DNA from: Octopus vulgaris
Taxonomy: Eukaryota
Length of the DNA: 64,000 nucleotides
NCBI GenBank assembly: GCA_951406725.2
Contig: OX597834.1
Span: 6,324,001-6,388,000, forward strand
Direction: 5' to 3'
The notes under the pieces were generated by a model. It was given only the letters and a program-made list of their open reading frames with translations. It searched no databases and was not told where the DNA came from. The translations under genes and the position numbers were made by a program. Positions within the stretch are counted from its first letter, which is position 1, and every line of letters begins with the position of its first letter. Below are positions 11,380-24,459 of this stretch, piece after piece.

Positions 11380-13075
11380 TGTGTAAGTGTGTGTGTGTTT
11401 GTGAGTGCGTGTGTATGTGTTTGTGAGTATGTGTACGTGTGTTTGTGAGCGTGTGTGTATGTGTATTTGTGAGTGCATGTATGTTTTTGCGAGTGCATTT
11501 ATGAGTGTGTGTATGTGTGTTTGAGAGTGTGTGTATGTGTGTTTGTGAGTGTGTGTATGTGTGTTTGTGAGTGTGTGTATGTGTGTTTGTGTGTGTATGT
11601 GTGTTTGTGAGTGTGTGTATGTGTGTTTGTGAGTGTGTGTATGTGTGTTTGTGAGTGTGTGTATGTGTGTTTGAGAGTGTGTGTATGTGTGTTTGTGAGT
11701 GTGTGTATGTGTGTTTGTGAGTGTGTGTATGTGTGTTTGTGAGTGTGTGTATGTGTGTTTGTGAGTGTGTGTATGTGTGTTTGAGAGTGTGTGTATGTGT
11801 GTTTGTGAGTGTGTGTATGTGTGTTTGTGAGTGTGTGTATGTGTGTTTGTGAGTGTGTGTATGTGTGTTTGTGAGTGTGTGTATGTGTGTTTGAGAGTGT
11901 GTGTATGTGTGTTTGTGAGTGTGTGTATGTGTGTTTGTGAGTGTGTGTATGTGTGTTTGTGAGTGTGTGTATGTGTGTTTGTGAGTGTGTGTATGTGTGT
12001 TTGTGAGTGTGTGTATGTGTGTTTGAGAGTGTGTGTATGTGTGTTTGTGAGTGTGTGTATGTATGTTTGAGAGTGTGTGTATGTGTGTTTGAGAGTGTGT
12101 GTATGTGTGTTTGTGAGTGTGTGTATGTGTGTTTGAGAGTGTGTGTATGTGTGTTTGTGAGTGTGTGTATGTGTGTTTGTGAGTGTGTGTATGTGTGTTT
12201 GAGAGTGTGTGTATGTGTGTTTGAGAGTGTGTGTATGTGTGTTTGTGAGTGTGTGTATGTGTGTTTGAGAGTGTGTGTATGTGTGTTTGTGAGTGTGTGT
12301 ATGTGTGTTTGAGAGTGTGTGTATGTGTGTTTGAGAGTGTGTGTATGTGTGTTTGTGAGTGTGTGTATGTGTGTTTGTGAGTGTGTGTATGTGTGTTTGT
12401 GAGTGTGTGTATGTATGTTTGTGAGTGTGTGTATGTGCGTTTGTGAGTTACGTGAGTATGTGTGTTAGTTTGTTTGTGAGTCCATGTGTGCATATGTATG
12501 TGTTTCTGAGTGTATCTGTGTGTTTGTTAATGTGTGTGCATTTGTGAATGTGTGTGTGTTTGTGATTCCATGTGTGTGTGTATGTGTGTGCATGCATGTG
12601 TTTGTATTTGTGAGTGTGTGTATGTGTATTTGAGAATCCATGCGTGTGTATTTGTGTGTGTGTTTGTGTGTGTGCATGTGTGTGCGTGTTTGTGTTTGTG
12701 AGTGTGTGTGTCTGCATGTGTGTGTGTTTGTGTTTGTTAGTGCGTGTGTGTGTGTGCATGTGTGCGTGTTTGTGTTTGTGAGTGTGTGTGTGTTTGTGAG
12801 TGTGTGTGTGTGTGTGTGTGCATGTGTGCGTGTCTGTGTTTGTGAGTGTGTGTATGTGCATTTGAAAATCCATGTGTATGTGTTTGTGAATGTGTGTGTG
12901 TGCGTGTGTGTGTATGCATGTGTGCGTGTTTGTGTTTGTGTGTGTGTGTATGTGCATTTAAGAATCAGTGCGTGTGTGTTTGTGAGTGTGTGCGCGTGTG
13001 TGTGTGTATGTGTATTTGAGAGTGCATGTGTATGTGTGTGTTTGTAAGTGTGTGTGTATGTGCGTTTGTAAGAGT
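11380..13075. repeat. TG-rich minisatellite with a 22-bp core unit and degenerate TG flanks
   Basis: The unit gtttgtgagtgtgtgtatgtgt (variant gtttgagagt...) repeats homogeneously over about 11510-12430. Confidence 0.95.
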
Positions 13076-13487
13076 ACGTACCTGTATATGTACAGGTGGG
13101 GCTTCTTTTCTACCAAAACCTTTCCTTGTTGTTATTCTTGTCGTTGTTTTGGTAGTTCTGTTCAGGTTTCAGAATCTGAACTTTAGTTAGTCAATTATCT
13201 TAATGGCCATAAATAGCTTGTAATGAAATAAGGGATTCCCATTTCATTTTGCACTGAATATATAGCAAAAAAATGCTTTAAAAAAACCCCATTTAGTTAG
13301 ATTTATTAGAGATTTTTATATCTTATTTTTAATGTTTTTCCCTTTTTATTTATTTGATTTACTTTTATGTCCTTTGTTATTTAGTTTTCTTTTATGTATA
13401 TGTATATGTGTGTTTGTGTTTGTGCGTGTGTATACATATATATATAAATCTATATGTATATATATATAATGTATTTGTATGTATATA

Positions 13488-13537
<50 letters not shown>

Positions 13538-13640
13538 AGCATATATATTTGTTTATATATGCATATATGCTTAATATATGTATGTGTATTTTGATATTTA
13601 TATATGTATATATATATACATATTTATTTATATATATATA

Positions 13641-13674
<34 letters not shown>

Positions 13675-13702
13675 CATATATATTTATGTATATATATATA
13701 TG

Positions 13703-13736
<34 letters not shown>

Positions 13737-14074
13737 TATTTATATATATATATATATTTATTTATTTATATATATATATAATTGATGTTTTCTATTATTC
13801 AGTACAGGTAATATTTTGATAGATTTTAAAAGCTTTCCTTCTTCCCTTTTTTTTTTCTTCTTCTTCTTCTTTCTACACTTCACCCTTTTATATTCAATAA
13901 TTTAAGAATGTCACTTCATTTTTATATATATTTTGTGATTTAAGAATGTCGCTATATTTTCATAAATTTCGTGATTTAAGGATGACACAAATTCAATAAC
14001 TACAAAAATAAGAACATATTTAAATTTATATTTCGAGAGATAATTATATTCTTGAAAATTATGTTGCCTGTATA

Positions 14075-14462
14075 TCTTTATATATAAAAGTGTGTCTGTC
14101 TCCTACGATTTAGATTCCTAACTACTCCCACATTTTGCGGTGCAGTTTAACCAAAACCGGGTATCTTATAGTCGTGATTCATATCGAGCCCTTCTGGGTA
14201 TTAGCGCGCATCTACGATGAGTCTACGATTTAAAAATATATTTACCATAATTTTTTTCCATTTTAATGCATTTTTTTCGCTATTATATAAGGAAGTAACT
14301 CTCTAAAAATGTCTACGATGAGTCACCGATTTAAAAAAAATTTTACCATCATTTTTTTCCATTTTTAATGCATCTTTTGCTATTTTTTGGCTATAACTCT
14401 CTAAAAATGCTTATATAGTTATTTCCCTTACAAACCCAAGCAACGCCGGGCGATACTGCTAG
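14075..14462 (+). mobile_element. Non-autonomous Helitron, short variant (copy 1)
   Basis: 5' TC, 3' GC-rich hairpin cccaagcaacgccggg followed by CTAG, inserted between A and T with no TSD. Confidence 0.85.
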
Positions 14463-14653
14463 TCTATAATATTTAAGAGTTGCAATGCAGATACTTCACC
14501 GCCAGCCTAACATTTCAAACCTTGCCTGAAAATCGCCTTCGTTCCTGCATCTGTTAATCTGGTCACTGAACCTTGGGCTAAATGTTGTTATTAATTTTAT
14601 TTAGCACTATTAACAATACAGAAGATTTTGTCTGCAGAATCATTTATTATACT

Positions 14654-15166
14654 CTAGCAGTATCGCCCGGCGTTGCTCGGGTTTGTAAGGGAAATAACTA
14701 TATAAGCATTTTTAAAGAGTTACTTCCCTTATAGATGCCAATTCGGGCTTTCTTAGCCATTTCTGTTTTGGTGTCTTCAAGCCATGAAGTTGTTGTTCTA
14801 AAAGAACGCTGGTCTCCTTGACAACGCTTTACGACGTTGATTTCCTTACACTCCCTTCCCCACAGCTTCACGAGGGAGGGAAGAAGGGGGAGAAGCAAAC
14901 AGGTGCAGGTGTGACCATGGACGCCAACTCCGCCGCCATCGACACACGAAAAATTATGCATTAAAATGAAATAAAAAATTATGTTAAATTATTTTTAAAA
15001 TCGTAGACTCATCATAGACGCGCGCTAATAGCCAGACGGGCTCGATATGAATCACGACTATAAGATACCCGAATTTGGGTAAACTGCACCGCAAAATGTG
15101 GGAGTAGTTAGGAATCTAAATCGAAGGGGACAGACACTCACACAACTACAGTTTTATAAATATAGA
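14654..15166 (-). mobile_element. Non-autonomous Helitron, long variant (copy 2)
   Basis: Reverse complement of copy 3, with TC start at 15166 and hairpin plus CTAG end at 14654. Confidence 0.85.
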
Positions 15167-15294
15167 TTTCTGTCAAAATATCCATTAACTCTAATAATTC
15201 CCAGAATTGATTCCCAGAATCTTGGGTTATTTCAGGGCGAGATAATGCTTCAATTGAGAAAGAAGTAAAAGAGTAAAAGAACATGTATATGTAA

Positions 15295-15344
<50 letters not shown>

Positions 15345-15913
15345 ACGTGCAGGTGTGTATATATGTGTGTGTACTCTCTTTTTACTCTTTTACTCTTTTA
15401 ATTGTTTCAGTCATGTGACTGTGGCCATGCTGGAGCACCGCCTTTGGTCGAGCAAATCGACCCCGGGACTTATTCTTTGTAAGCCTAGTACTTTTTCTAT
15501 CGGACTGTTTTGCCGAACCGCTAAGTTACAGGGACGTAAACACACCAGCATCGGTTGTTAAGCGATGTTGGGAGGACAAACACAGACACACAAGCATATA
15601 CACACACATACATATAAATATATATATATATGTTACTATGGCTGCCCCCTCGTTATCGAGTATGGCCATTGCATGAAGCTAAACTGTTACTGGTGCTGTG
15701 ATCGAATGTGACTTTTTAGCCCAGCTAAAGATCTACAATGTCGTGTAATATATATATATATATATATGCAAAATGAGAAAATGGAGAAATATATCTAAAT
15801 CAATCATCAACTATCAGATAATACTGAATCATTTACTTTATTAAAACACTACACAATAGCAATGAGATTAGACATTAATACAGTACAATAATTACAATCA
15901 ATATGGTGAGATA

Positions 15914-16420
15914 TCTATATATATAAAACTGTAGTTGTGTGAGTGTCTGTCTCCTACGATTTAGATTCCTAACTCCTCCCACATTTTGCGGTGCAGTTTA
16001 ACCAAATTCGGGTATCTTATAGTCGTGATTAATATCGAGCCTATTAGCACACATCTACGATGAGTCTACGATTTTAAAAATAATTTAACATCATTTTTTA
16101 TTCCATTTTAATGCATAATTTTTCGTGTGTCGATGGTGGTGGAGTTGGCGTCCATGGTCACACCTGCACCTGTGTTTGCTTCTCCCCCTTCTTCCCTCCC
16201 TCGTGAAGCTGTGGGGAAGGGAGTGTAAGAATATCAACGTCGTAATGCGTTGTCGAGGAGACCAGCGTTCTTTTAGAACAACGACTTCATGGCTTGAAGA
16301 CACCAAAACAGAAATGGCTAAGAAAGCCCGAATTGGCATCTATAAAGGAAGTAACTCTCTAAAAATGCTTATATAGTTATTTCCCTTACAAACCCGAGCA
16401 ACGCCGGGCGATACTGCTAG
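15914..16420 (+). mobile_element. Non-autonomous Helitron, long variant (copy 3)
   Basis: a/TCtatatatataaaac ... cccgagcaacgccggg cgatactgCTAG/t. Confidence 0.9.
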
Positions 16421-18169
16421 TTACTAAATAAATATAGCAAGATATAAAAATACATTTACATTATAACTGACAGCTGTTTTGGCCATGAAGATAGGTATGT
16501 CTCATTTAATCTATTAGCCATATAATGCAGGTATAAATGAGACATTAACAAGAATATCTTATGGCCTCTTCGGAGATTCTAATGCAAGTATGAGTACAAA
16601 CCCTAAAATAATTTACATATAAATATAAATATGAGTGCATACATACTCATATTCTTACATATATATACATATACACAATAATACAATATAAACAATATAA
16701 ATCAATATACATTAACAAACACAATAATGTTCCATATTGAACGCCACAGCTCCTCAACCAACATCAAGAAACCACAACAGACACACTCACACTCAATGCA
16801 GGCATATATATTAAACAGTTCAATATATTAAAATGCGTCACTTCACAAAAAGCCAATAAAGTTAATACCACCACCATAGTACCATCCAAGGCAAGTGGAT
16901 ATCTGCATATATATGCAATCAGTTAAATTCCTCTGTTTGCATGGTATTAATTTTCACAGATGCATTCGATTGGCCTATACTTTTAAATTTGAATTACAAT
17001 AGATATTTTACGGTTAGTTAGCTAGGGAGGGTTGAATTTACAACCCCTATCTCATTTTATATATACATATATATATATATATGTATGTATACATATATAC
17101 GACGGGCTTCTTTCAGTTTCTGTCTACTAAATCCACTCACAAGTCTTTAGTTGGCCTGAGGCTATAGTAGAAGACACTTGCCCAAGGTGCCACACAGTGG
17201 GACTGAACCTGGAACCATGTTGAATGTAGTTTGTATTTTTTTCCTAACCCCCATACTTACTGAGAAAATCGATTAAAACTTTTTCTAATGGAATTTCTCT
17301 CTTTCTTCTGCCATTAAAACAACCAGTTGCTCAGAAGCTGTTTTCTGACGGGGTGGGATCAGGAAACTTTCATATAGCTGGAGGCTCCAATCGAAACAGG
17401 GGACCTGAAATGATTAGGTTGACAAACGCTGATATAGATTATGCCTAACTGAAAACGATCATAGCCACATCATCCAAACAGAATGGGTGAAACTGGGCTT
17501 AGCTGCTAGCATATATATATATATATATATATATATCAAATTAGAGTTAAAACCACTATTAGGCAAATCAAACAATGAAAAACTTAAGCGAATACATAAA
17601 ATTAATTAATTTATATTATTTTAAATATCTATCAAAATTATTAAAAGTTTAATAAAAGATAATGAGTAAAACACTACAATCGTTTCATGGCTCTCCAATT
17701 CGTAATAATTCGAGTTATGGTTACAGTCAATCTTCAGGTGATTGAAATATCTAAAATATAATCAGAAATATTTAAAACAATATTTTTAAGATATAAATAA
17801 TATAATAATTTTACTTATAATAAACTCTATTATCAAACTAAAAACATAGAACTTAACAATTATGATTATATCAAAATCGACTATAATGTTAAATATTAAT
17901 TTTAATTTATAAGGTAGGAAACCTACCCATAATCTAATATCAATGTTAGTCTATATCTAATTACATAAATATTTACAATGACTAATATATATATATTATC
18001 AATGAAAGTATATAAATGTATATAGATATTATAATTAAGATCTAAAATAATCTCTGTAAATGAATGTATATGCACATATAATAAAAAGCTAATAAATTTA
18101 ATTTTTCATATTTAAATATGAAATAGCTAATTTCAAAATATATATGTATGCATGTATGTATGTATGGAG

Positions 18170-18497
18170 TGGTTGGCGTTAGGAAAGGCACGAGATCGCG
18201 TGGTTAAATCATTGGGAGTGAAGGACTCCTAGACTTTGTTAGGGCATCCTTCTAGGAGAAGGTAACTCAGGTAACTGGGATAACTCCGACATAAAACCTG
18301 CTGCTCAGTGGTTACCAATGATGTTGACTTGTTCTTCTTTTTGGATTATGGCTGCTGTTGCTTAGTGAGTGGGATTGACTCAGTGCACAGCCTTTCCTCA
18401 CTTTAACAAAAATCTTCTTGCACAGGCGTTGCACGATAACAACATTGATTGAGCTTCGTGCAATGGCCATGCGCGACAACGAGGGGGCAGCCACCAT
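18170..18497 (+). mobile_element. Possible RTE-type 5' UTR fragment
   Basis: tctaggagaaggtaactc...taaaacct resembles RTE/BovB 5' ends. The last 45 bp or so recur inverted at about 15617-15662. Confidence 0.35.
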
Positions 18498-18502
18498 GTA
18501 TG

Positions 18503-19035
18503 TACTCTTTACTCTTTTACTTGTTTCAGTCATTTGACTGCGGCCATGCTGGAGCACCGCCTTTAGTCAAGCAAATCGACCACGGGACTTATTCTTTGTA
18601 AGCCCAGTACTTATTCTATTGGTCTCTTTTGCCGAACCGCTAAGTGATGGGGACGTAAACACACCAGCATCGGTTGTCAAGCAATGCTAAGGGGACAAAC
18701 ACAGACACACAAACATATACACATATATATATATATATATGATACAGCCTTAAGACATTTATTGGATGGCCGTTGACTCTCAAGAGTTCCTCCGCCCTTT
18801 GACAGGTTTTATTTTTCATCCCGCAGGGTGTCCAATAAACATACATATACATATATACATATACATATATACGACAGGCTTCTTTCAGTTTCCGTCTACC
18901 AAATCCACTCACAAGGCTTTGGTCGGCCCGGGGCTATAGCAGAAGACACTTGACCAAGATGCCACACAGTGGGACTGAACCCAGAACCATGTGGCTGGTT
19001 AGCAAACTACTTACCACACAGCCACTCCTGCGCCT
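18503..19035 (-). mobile_element. SINE family A with an insert of about 95 bp in its microsatellite
   Basis: Full tail-to-head match. The insert at about 18745-18840 is similar to about 36920-37005. Confidence 0.85.
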
Positions 19036-19482
19036 ATGTATGTATATATGAATTATATAGTAATTCTGTAAATAAGACATTCACTGTTTATGGTCTGTTT
19101 CTATCAATAGTCAATTAGCTAAACTGAATTAATCATTTAGTATGACCCTCATACACTCACTTCATGCTAGTATGTACTTATTCTATAACAAATCTGACTT
19201 CCCACATTATAATCATGTGATTTCCTAGTCTGGCATTTCTGTTCCATAAGCCATGTGTTTGCGAGTAAATGTAATTAGAATGGAATGCGTGAATGCACTG
19301 CTCTGTACGATGGGGAATGTGTGTACGTGTGTGTGTGGATGTGTGTGTGTGTGTGTGTGTGTGTTTCTGTAGGAGTATCAACATCTCTTGTCATTCATAT
19401 GGTCCTGTTTTATATTTCCAGTTTCCTAATAATTAGAGACCTACACGTGTGTGTGTGTGTGTGTGTGCGTCTGTGTATACAT

Positions 19483-19544
<62 letters not shown>

Positions 19545-19547
19545 AGG

Positions 19548-20000
19548 ACGCCATGATAGATCGTTAGCTCCTACACACATTTTATTCTCTCCTTGTTTTT
19601 TTCTGTGTATCTTTCTGTCAAAGAGCTTAGGCTAGAAACATAAAATACTTTTTCTATTCCTGAGCGCTATACTAATACATTTGTTTGTTTGTACTCCACC
19701 TGCCTTCGTCTTTTGCTTATTTACGTAAACTTTCCCTTTATATATATATATATATAAATATATATATATATACACACAAACACGCACTTCAGAAATGCAA
19801 CTGCACAATGCTATGAGCAATTTCCTTTCCTTCTTTGGACTTTCCACTTTCCCCTTTCTGATGAAGAGCCAAGCTCAAAATGTCAAAAATTCTCTCTTTG
19901 TACTGAGTATCAAACTAAATCATTCTTTGTGCATCTCTTCTTGTTGTCTTGATTTTATTATTCATTTATATGAATTGATTGTTTATTTGATTTGACTATA
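19548..20000 (+). mobile_element. Two adjacent Penelope-like pseudo-LTR fragments (two subfamilies)
   Basis: 19548-19740 is homologous (inverted) to 24990-25230. 19790-19960 is homologous to about 45430-45570. Each carries a hammerhead-like motif. Confidence 0.65.
19853..19889 (+). ncRNA. Minimal type I hammerhead ribozyme motif, degenerate
   Basis: ccttt CTGATGA a GAGC caa GCTC aAAA tGTC aaaaa. The G12 position reads A. Confidence 0.6.
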
Positions 20001-20021
20001 TACACACACATATATATATAT

Positions 20022-20240
20022 GGCAGAAACGTTAGCACGTCGGACGAAATGCTTAGTGGTATTTTGTCTGCCGCTATGTTCTGAGTTCGAATTCTGCCGA
20101 GGTCGACTTTGCCTTTCATCCTTTTGGGGTCGATAAATTAAGTACCAGTTATGCACTGGGGTTGATGTAATCGACTTAATCCGTTTGTCTGTCCTTGTTT
20201 GTCCCCTATGTGTTTAGCCCCTAGTGGGTAGTAAAGAAAT
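20022..20240 (+). mobile_element. SINE family B monomer
   Basis: Partial head plus one unit ending gtaaagaaata. Confidence 0.85.
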
Positions 20241-20249
20241 ATATATATG

Positions 20250-20289
<40 letters not shown>

Positions 20290-20393
20290 CACACACACAC
20301 ATATATATATGTATATACTAATTTTATTATTATATATTATATATATATATGTGTGTAGATTTATATATATATGTATGTATGTGCGTATGTATA

Positions 20394-20434
<41 letters not shown>

Positions 20435-20437
<3 letters not shown>

Positions 20438-20596
20438 TGCAGGAGTGGCTGTGTGGTAAATAACTTGCTTACCAACCACATGGTTCCTGGTTCAGTCCCA
20501 CTGTGTGTCACCTTGAGCAAGTGTCTTCTACTATAGCCTTGGACTGACCTTGTGAGTGGATTCGGTAGGCAGAAACTGAAAGAAGCCCATTGTATA

Positions 20597-20641
<45 letters not shown>

Positions 20642-20850
20642 CTGTGTTTGTGTGTCAGTGTTTGTCCCTCCCCCATCGCTTGAGAGCTGATGTTGGTGTT
20701 TTTACGTCCCCCGTAACTTAGCAGTTTGTCAAAAGAGACTGATAGAATAAGCATTAGGCTTACAAAGAATAAGTCTTGGGGACGATTTGCTCAACTAAAT
20801 GCGGTGCTCCAGCATGGACACTGCTAAATGACCAAAACAAATAAAAGAAT
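20435..20850 (+). mobile_element. SINE family A
   Basis: Head, microsatellite and tail all present. Confidence 0.85.
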
Positions 20851-21917
20851 ATAGAATTCTTTGACAAGGGAATCATTGATAGTGACTTCAAAGTTTTGGC
20901 TCACTAAACCATCATTGGATGGGCCAACGATGGCTTAGCTATCTGAAACTTTAAAATCATCGTCTGTGCTATTGTTGTTAAAGAATAAAATTCTCTTCTA
21001 CAAAAAGTATTGAGCAATCCTTCAGGTTAATGTAAAATTATTTTTATTTTAACTTAACGTAGAAACAATTATTAACACATACATACACACTCACACAGAT
21101 ACATGTATACATATATGTATACAACCACAAAAGCACACACATATACATGCATACATACATACACACTCACACATATACATATATATATACTCTTTACTCT
21201 TTACTCTTTTACTTGTTTCAGTCATTTGACTGCGGCCATGCTGGAGCACTGCCTTTAGTCGAGGAATCGGCCCCAGGACTTATTCTTTGAAAGCCTAGTA
21301 CTTATTCTATCGGTCTCTTTTGCCGAACCGCTAAGTTACGGAGATGTATACAAAATACCATCAAATACACACACATATACATACACACATACACACTCAC
21401 ACATACACATATACGTATACATATATGTATACCATCAAATACACACACATATACACACATACATACATACACACTCACACATATACATGTATACATATAT
21501 GTATACCATCAAATACACACATATTCATACATACATACACATATATGTTTACATACTTATATACATTCATAAAAATGGTTTGCTTTTGTGATGCTAATCA
21601 ATCTAATCAAAAGACTGAGAACTAGCCAAAATCTGCCAGATAAGAGATTAAAAATAACACAAACCAACCACGGCCACCACCACGAAGTCCTTGTGTATCT
21701 CAGAGACGATTGTGGAATATATATGCAAATTAGAAACCTCTTGAAATGAAACCCCAGTTTGTTGGAAATTTTTCTACTTTCTTGAAGCTATCATTGAGTG
21801 ATAGGCCATTCTTAAAAAGATTATGGAAAAATCCAACTGCTCTAATGTTGAAAGATATTGACATTGTCACTGGAGAACACATGGAATTGTGTCATGTGAT
21901 GGTAATTACAGGAATAA

Positions 21918-22335
21918 GGCGGCGAGCTGGCAGAATCATTAGCACACCGGGCAAATGCTTAGCGGTATTTCGTCTGTCGTTACGTTGTGAGTTCAAATTC
22001 CACCGAGGTCAACTTTACCTTTCATCCTTTCGGGGTTGATAAATTAAGTACTAGTTACACACTGGAGTTGATATAATCGACTTAATACCTATGTCCGTCG
22101 TTGTTTGTTCCTTCTATGTTTAGCCCCTTGAGGGTAATAAAGAAATAGGTATTTTGTCTGCCGCTACGTTCTGAGTTCAAATTCCGCTGAGGTCGACTTT
22201 GCCTTTCATCCTTTCGGGGTCGATAAATAAAGTACCAGTTACGCACTGGGGTCAATATAATCAACTTAATCCGTTTGTCTGTGCTTGTTTGTCCCCTCTG
22301 TGTTTAGCCCCTTGTGGGCAGTAAAGAAATAGGTA
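21918..22335 (+). mobile_element. SINE family B: head plus two 184-bp units
   Basis: Unit starts at 21964 and 22148. The copy ends gaaataggta, i.e. into the first bases of a third unit. Confidence 0.9.
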
Positions 22336-22862
22336 ACTACAGGAATATTTATACCCTCATACACACAACCGATATCACTCTTAGAGAAAAACTAGGAGAA
22401 ATCTGCAGTATAAATGTAATCTACGGTATACGTGAAATAAAACTACTAAACAGGAGTGAGCTAGATGGAAAATAAAACTTGAAGACATCAACAATTTATG
22501 CCCCCATATTGGATGGTTAATCGCAATGAAATATAAAGGTTACACCTCACCATTTATATTTCATGCAAGAATTATCAAAACTCTGTGGTGAATTTCCACA
22601 CCAAGCTCTTGTGGGGAAAGCTAATTTCTCTAAAGAATAAAATTGGAGGCTAGGTGAAAATACCTGCAACTGCTGGTAAGTGTTTTGAACAAACCAGTAT
22701 AGATCATAGATCTGCAGAAGGAAAAAATTACTGTTAAGAAAGCACCCGCCCCCACCTCCCAAGAAAATCTTGAACCATTCTGGTGCAAAATCTGAAATAT
22801 GAAGAGGGATTTCAACCTTAATGTATGGTGACTAACTACAGTTAGGAGAGAATACTGTACCA

Positions 22863-23219
22863 ATATTGTTGTATTTAGGAATGGTCATTTTGCCAGTTTA
22901 GCCAATAAAAACACATGCACTATATATTTGGTGTTGCTTTGCTTCAGTGTAATTTATTTTTTACATTAATCTTAATCTTATTTTGGCCAGAGTTCTTTCG
23001 TCACACTTCTGTGCCCTCATCAGTGGTCCTTTGCTTTCTTCTTTCTTATTTGTGTGTCTCTCCTTACTAACGGTCAGCCATACAAAGAACTCTGGCTGAA
23101 ATAAGATTAAGATTAATGTAAAAAGTAAATAATGCTCAAGCAAAGTAACACCAAATATATAGTGCATGTGTTTTTATTGGCTAAACTGGCAAAATGACCA
23201 TTCCTAAATACAACAATAT
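22863..23219. repeat. Fold-back palindrome with arms of about 135 bp and an 85-bp spacer
   Basis: 22863-22998 is the reverse complement of 23084-23219 with few differences. Confidence 0.9.
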
Positions 23220-23419
23220 CTGTTTCAACACACGATTTCACATCAAGAATCTTTCAAAACATATATATAAACGTAACTGTACCAATATCGACAATGAAAC
23301 ATACACAAGTGACTTGGAAGCTTTCATTATAGCTGTAGGGGAACTGCATGATGGGAAGACAACTGGAAGTGACCTAAGAGTTAGATATTGGTACAAGAGG
23401 CTGACATTTTACAGGAACA

Positions 23420-23640
23420 TCATCATCATCATCATTTAACGTCCGTTTTCCATGCTAACATGGGTTGGACTGTTTGACCGGGGTCTGGGAAGCCAGGAGG
23501 CTGCATCGGGCTCCAGTCTGATCTAGCAGTGTTTCTACAGCTGGATGCCCTTCCTAACGCCAACCACTCTGTGAGTGTAGTGGGTGCTTTTTACGTGCTA
23601 GGGGAGGCTGACAACAGCCATGATCGGTTGGTGCTAGGCC
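23420..23640 (-). mobile_element. RTE-family 3' end fragment
   Basis: (atc)n-tttaacgtccgttttccatgct...ggatgcccttcctaacgccaacc, as at 56605. Confidence 0.85.
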
Positions 23641-24459
23641 TATGAAAGGTCAGATTACGGCACCAAATTAGCTTGCTATAGCATGGACGAAGCTTGTGTC
23701 CAGGGCAGAAAACCATAGGCTCATTGCTTGCCTAAACATTATGTAAAAAGTGTATGCAATCTGCCTCAACCAATTCCACCAGGATTGCTGTGAATTCCAC
23801 AACATACTGAATGATGAACTGACAGGTGTAAAGCAGGAAGTGTGGGGTTTTGCTGAACAACTTTTAATCAACAAAGCTGTCTGAAGTAAGAAAACACCAT
23901 AGAAGCCTTGTGACAGATTGGTTTAATTATAAGAAAGCATTCACATTATTTTCCTCACTCATGGCTGCTGAGGCATCAACATTTGATAAAAGCACCTGTT
24001 ATCTTAGTTGCTGCCTTTGAAAGGTGTATAAAGACCTGGTTAACAATTCTTACATCTACAACTAAGAACAGAATGATTGTCTCCAACGTTATGAATATCT
24101 CAAAGAAAATATTGCAAGAAGATAATCTTTCTGTAATTCTGTTAATTTTAGCGTTAAATCCATTATCATTCCTGCCGCAAAAATCAAATGGCTAATGCTA
24201 GGGTCTGCAAACTGTTAAAGATATTAATATTATCCATAATTTCTTTGTAAATGAAGATTTATGCTAAAAAGGTTGACAATGTCAAAAAACAGCTGAAGTT
24301 AATAACATCTTCAGCTGACAAAGGAATGGAATTTGGTAGAAAACAAAAAAGAAAAAGTTCATATTTGAATGTTGAAAATAAAACCTCAGTCTCAAAGACC
24401 CCAAAACATGTGCTTCCTTGATCTCAATATTCCTCTGTTTCACACAATGAATGATGTAA

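Noticed and set aside
11333-13047. His/Thr-rich and Cys/Val-rich ORFs up to 386 aa
   Set aside because: They are TG-repeat translations with no splice or codon evidence.
13803-13807. Possible 5-nt micro-exon (ttcag/tacag/gtaata)
   Set aside because: It is not frame-preserving, sits beside a TA microsatellite, and such short matches are expected by chance.
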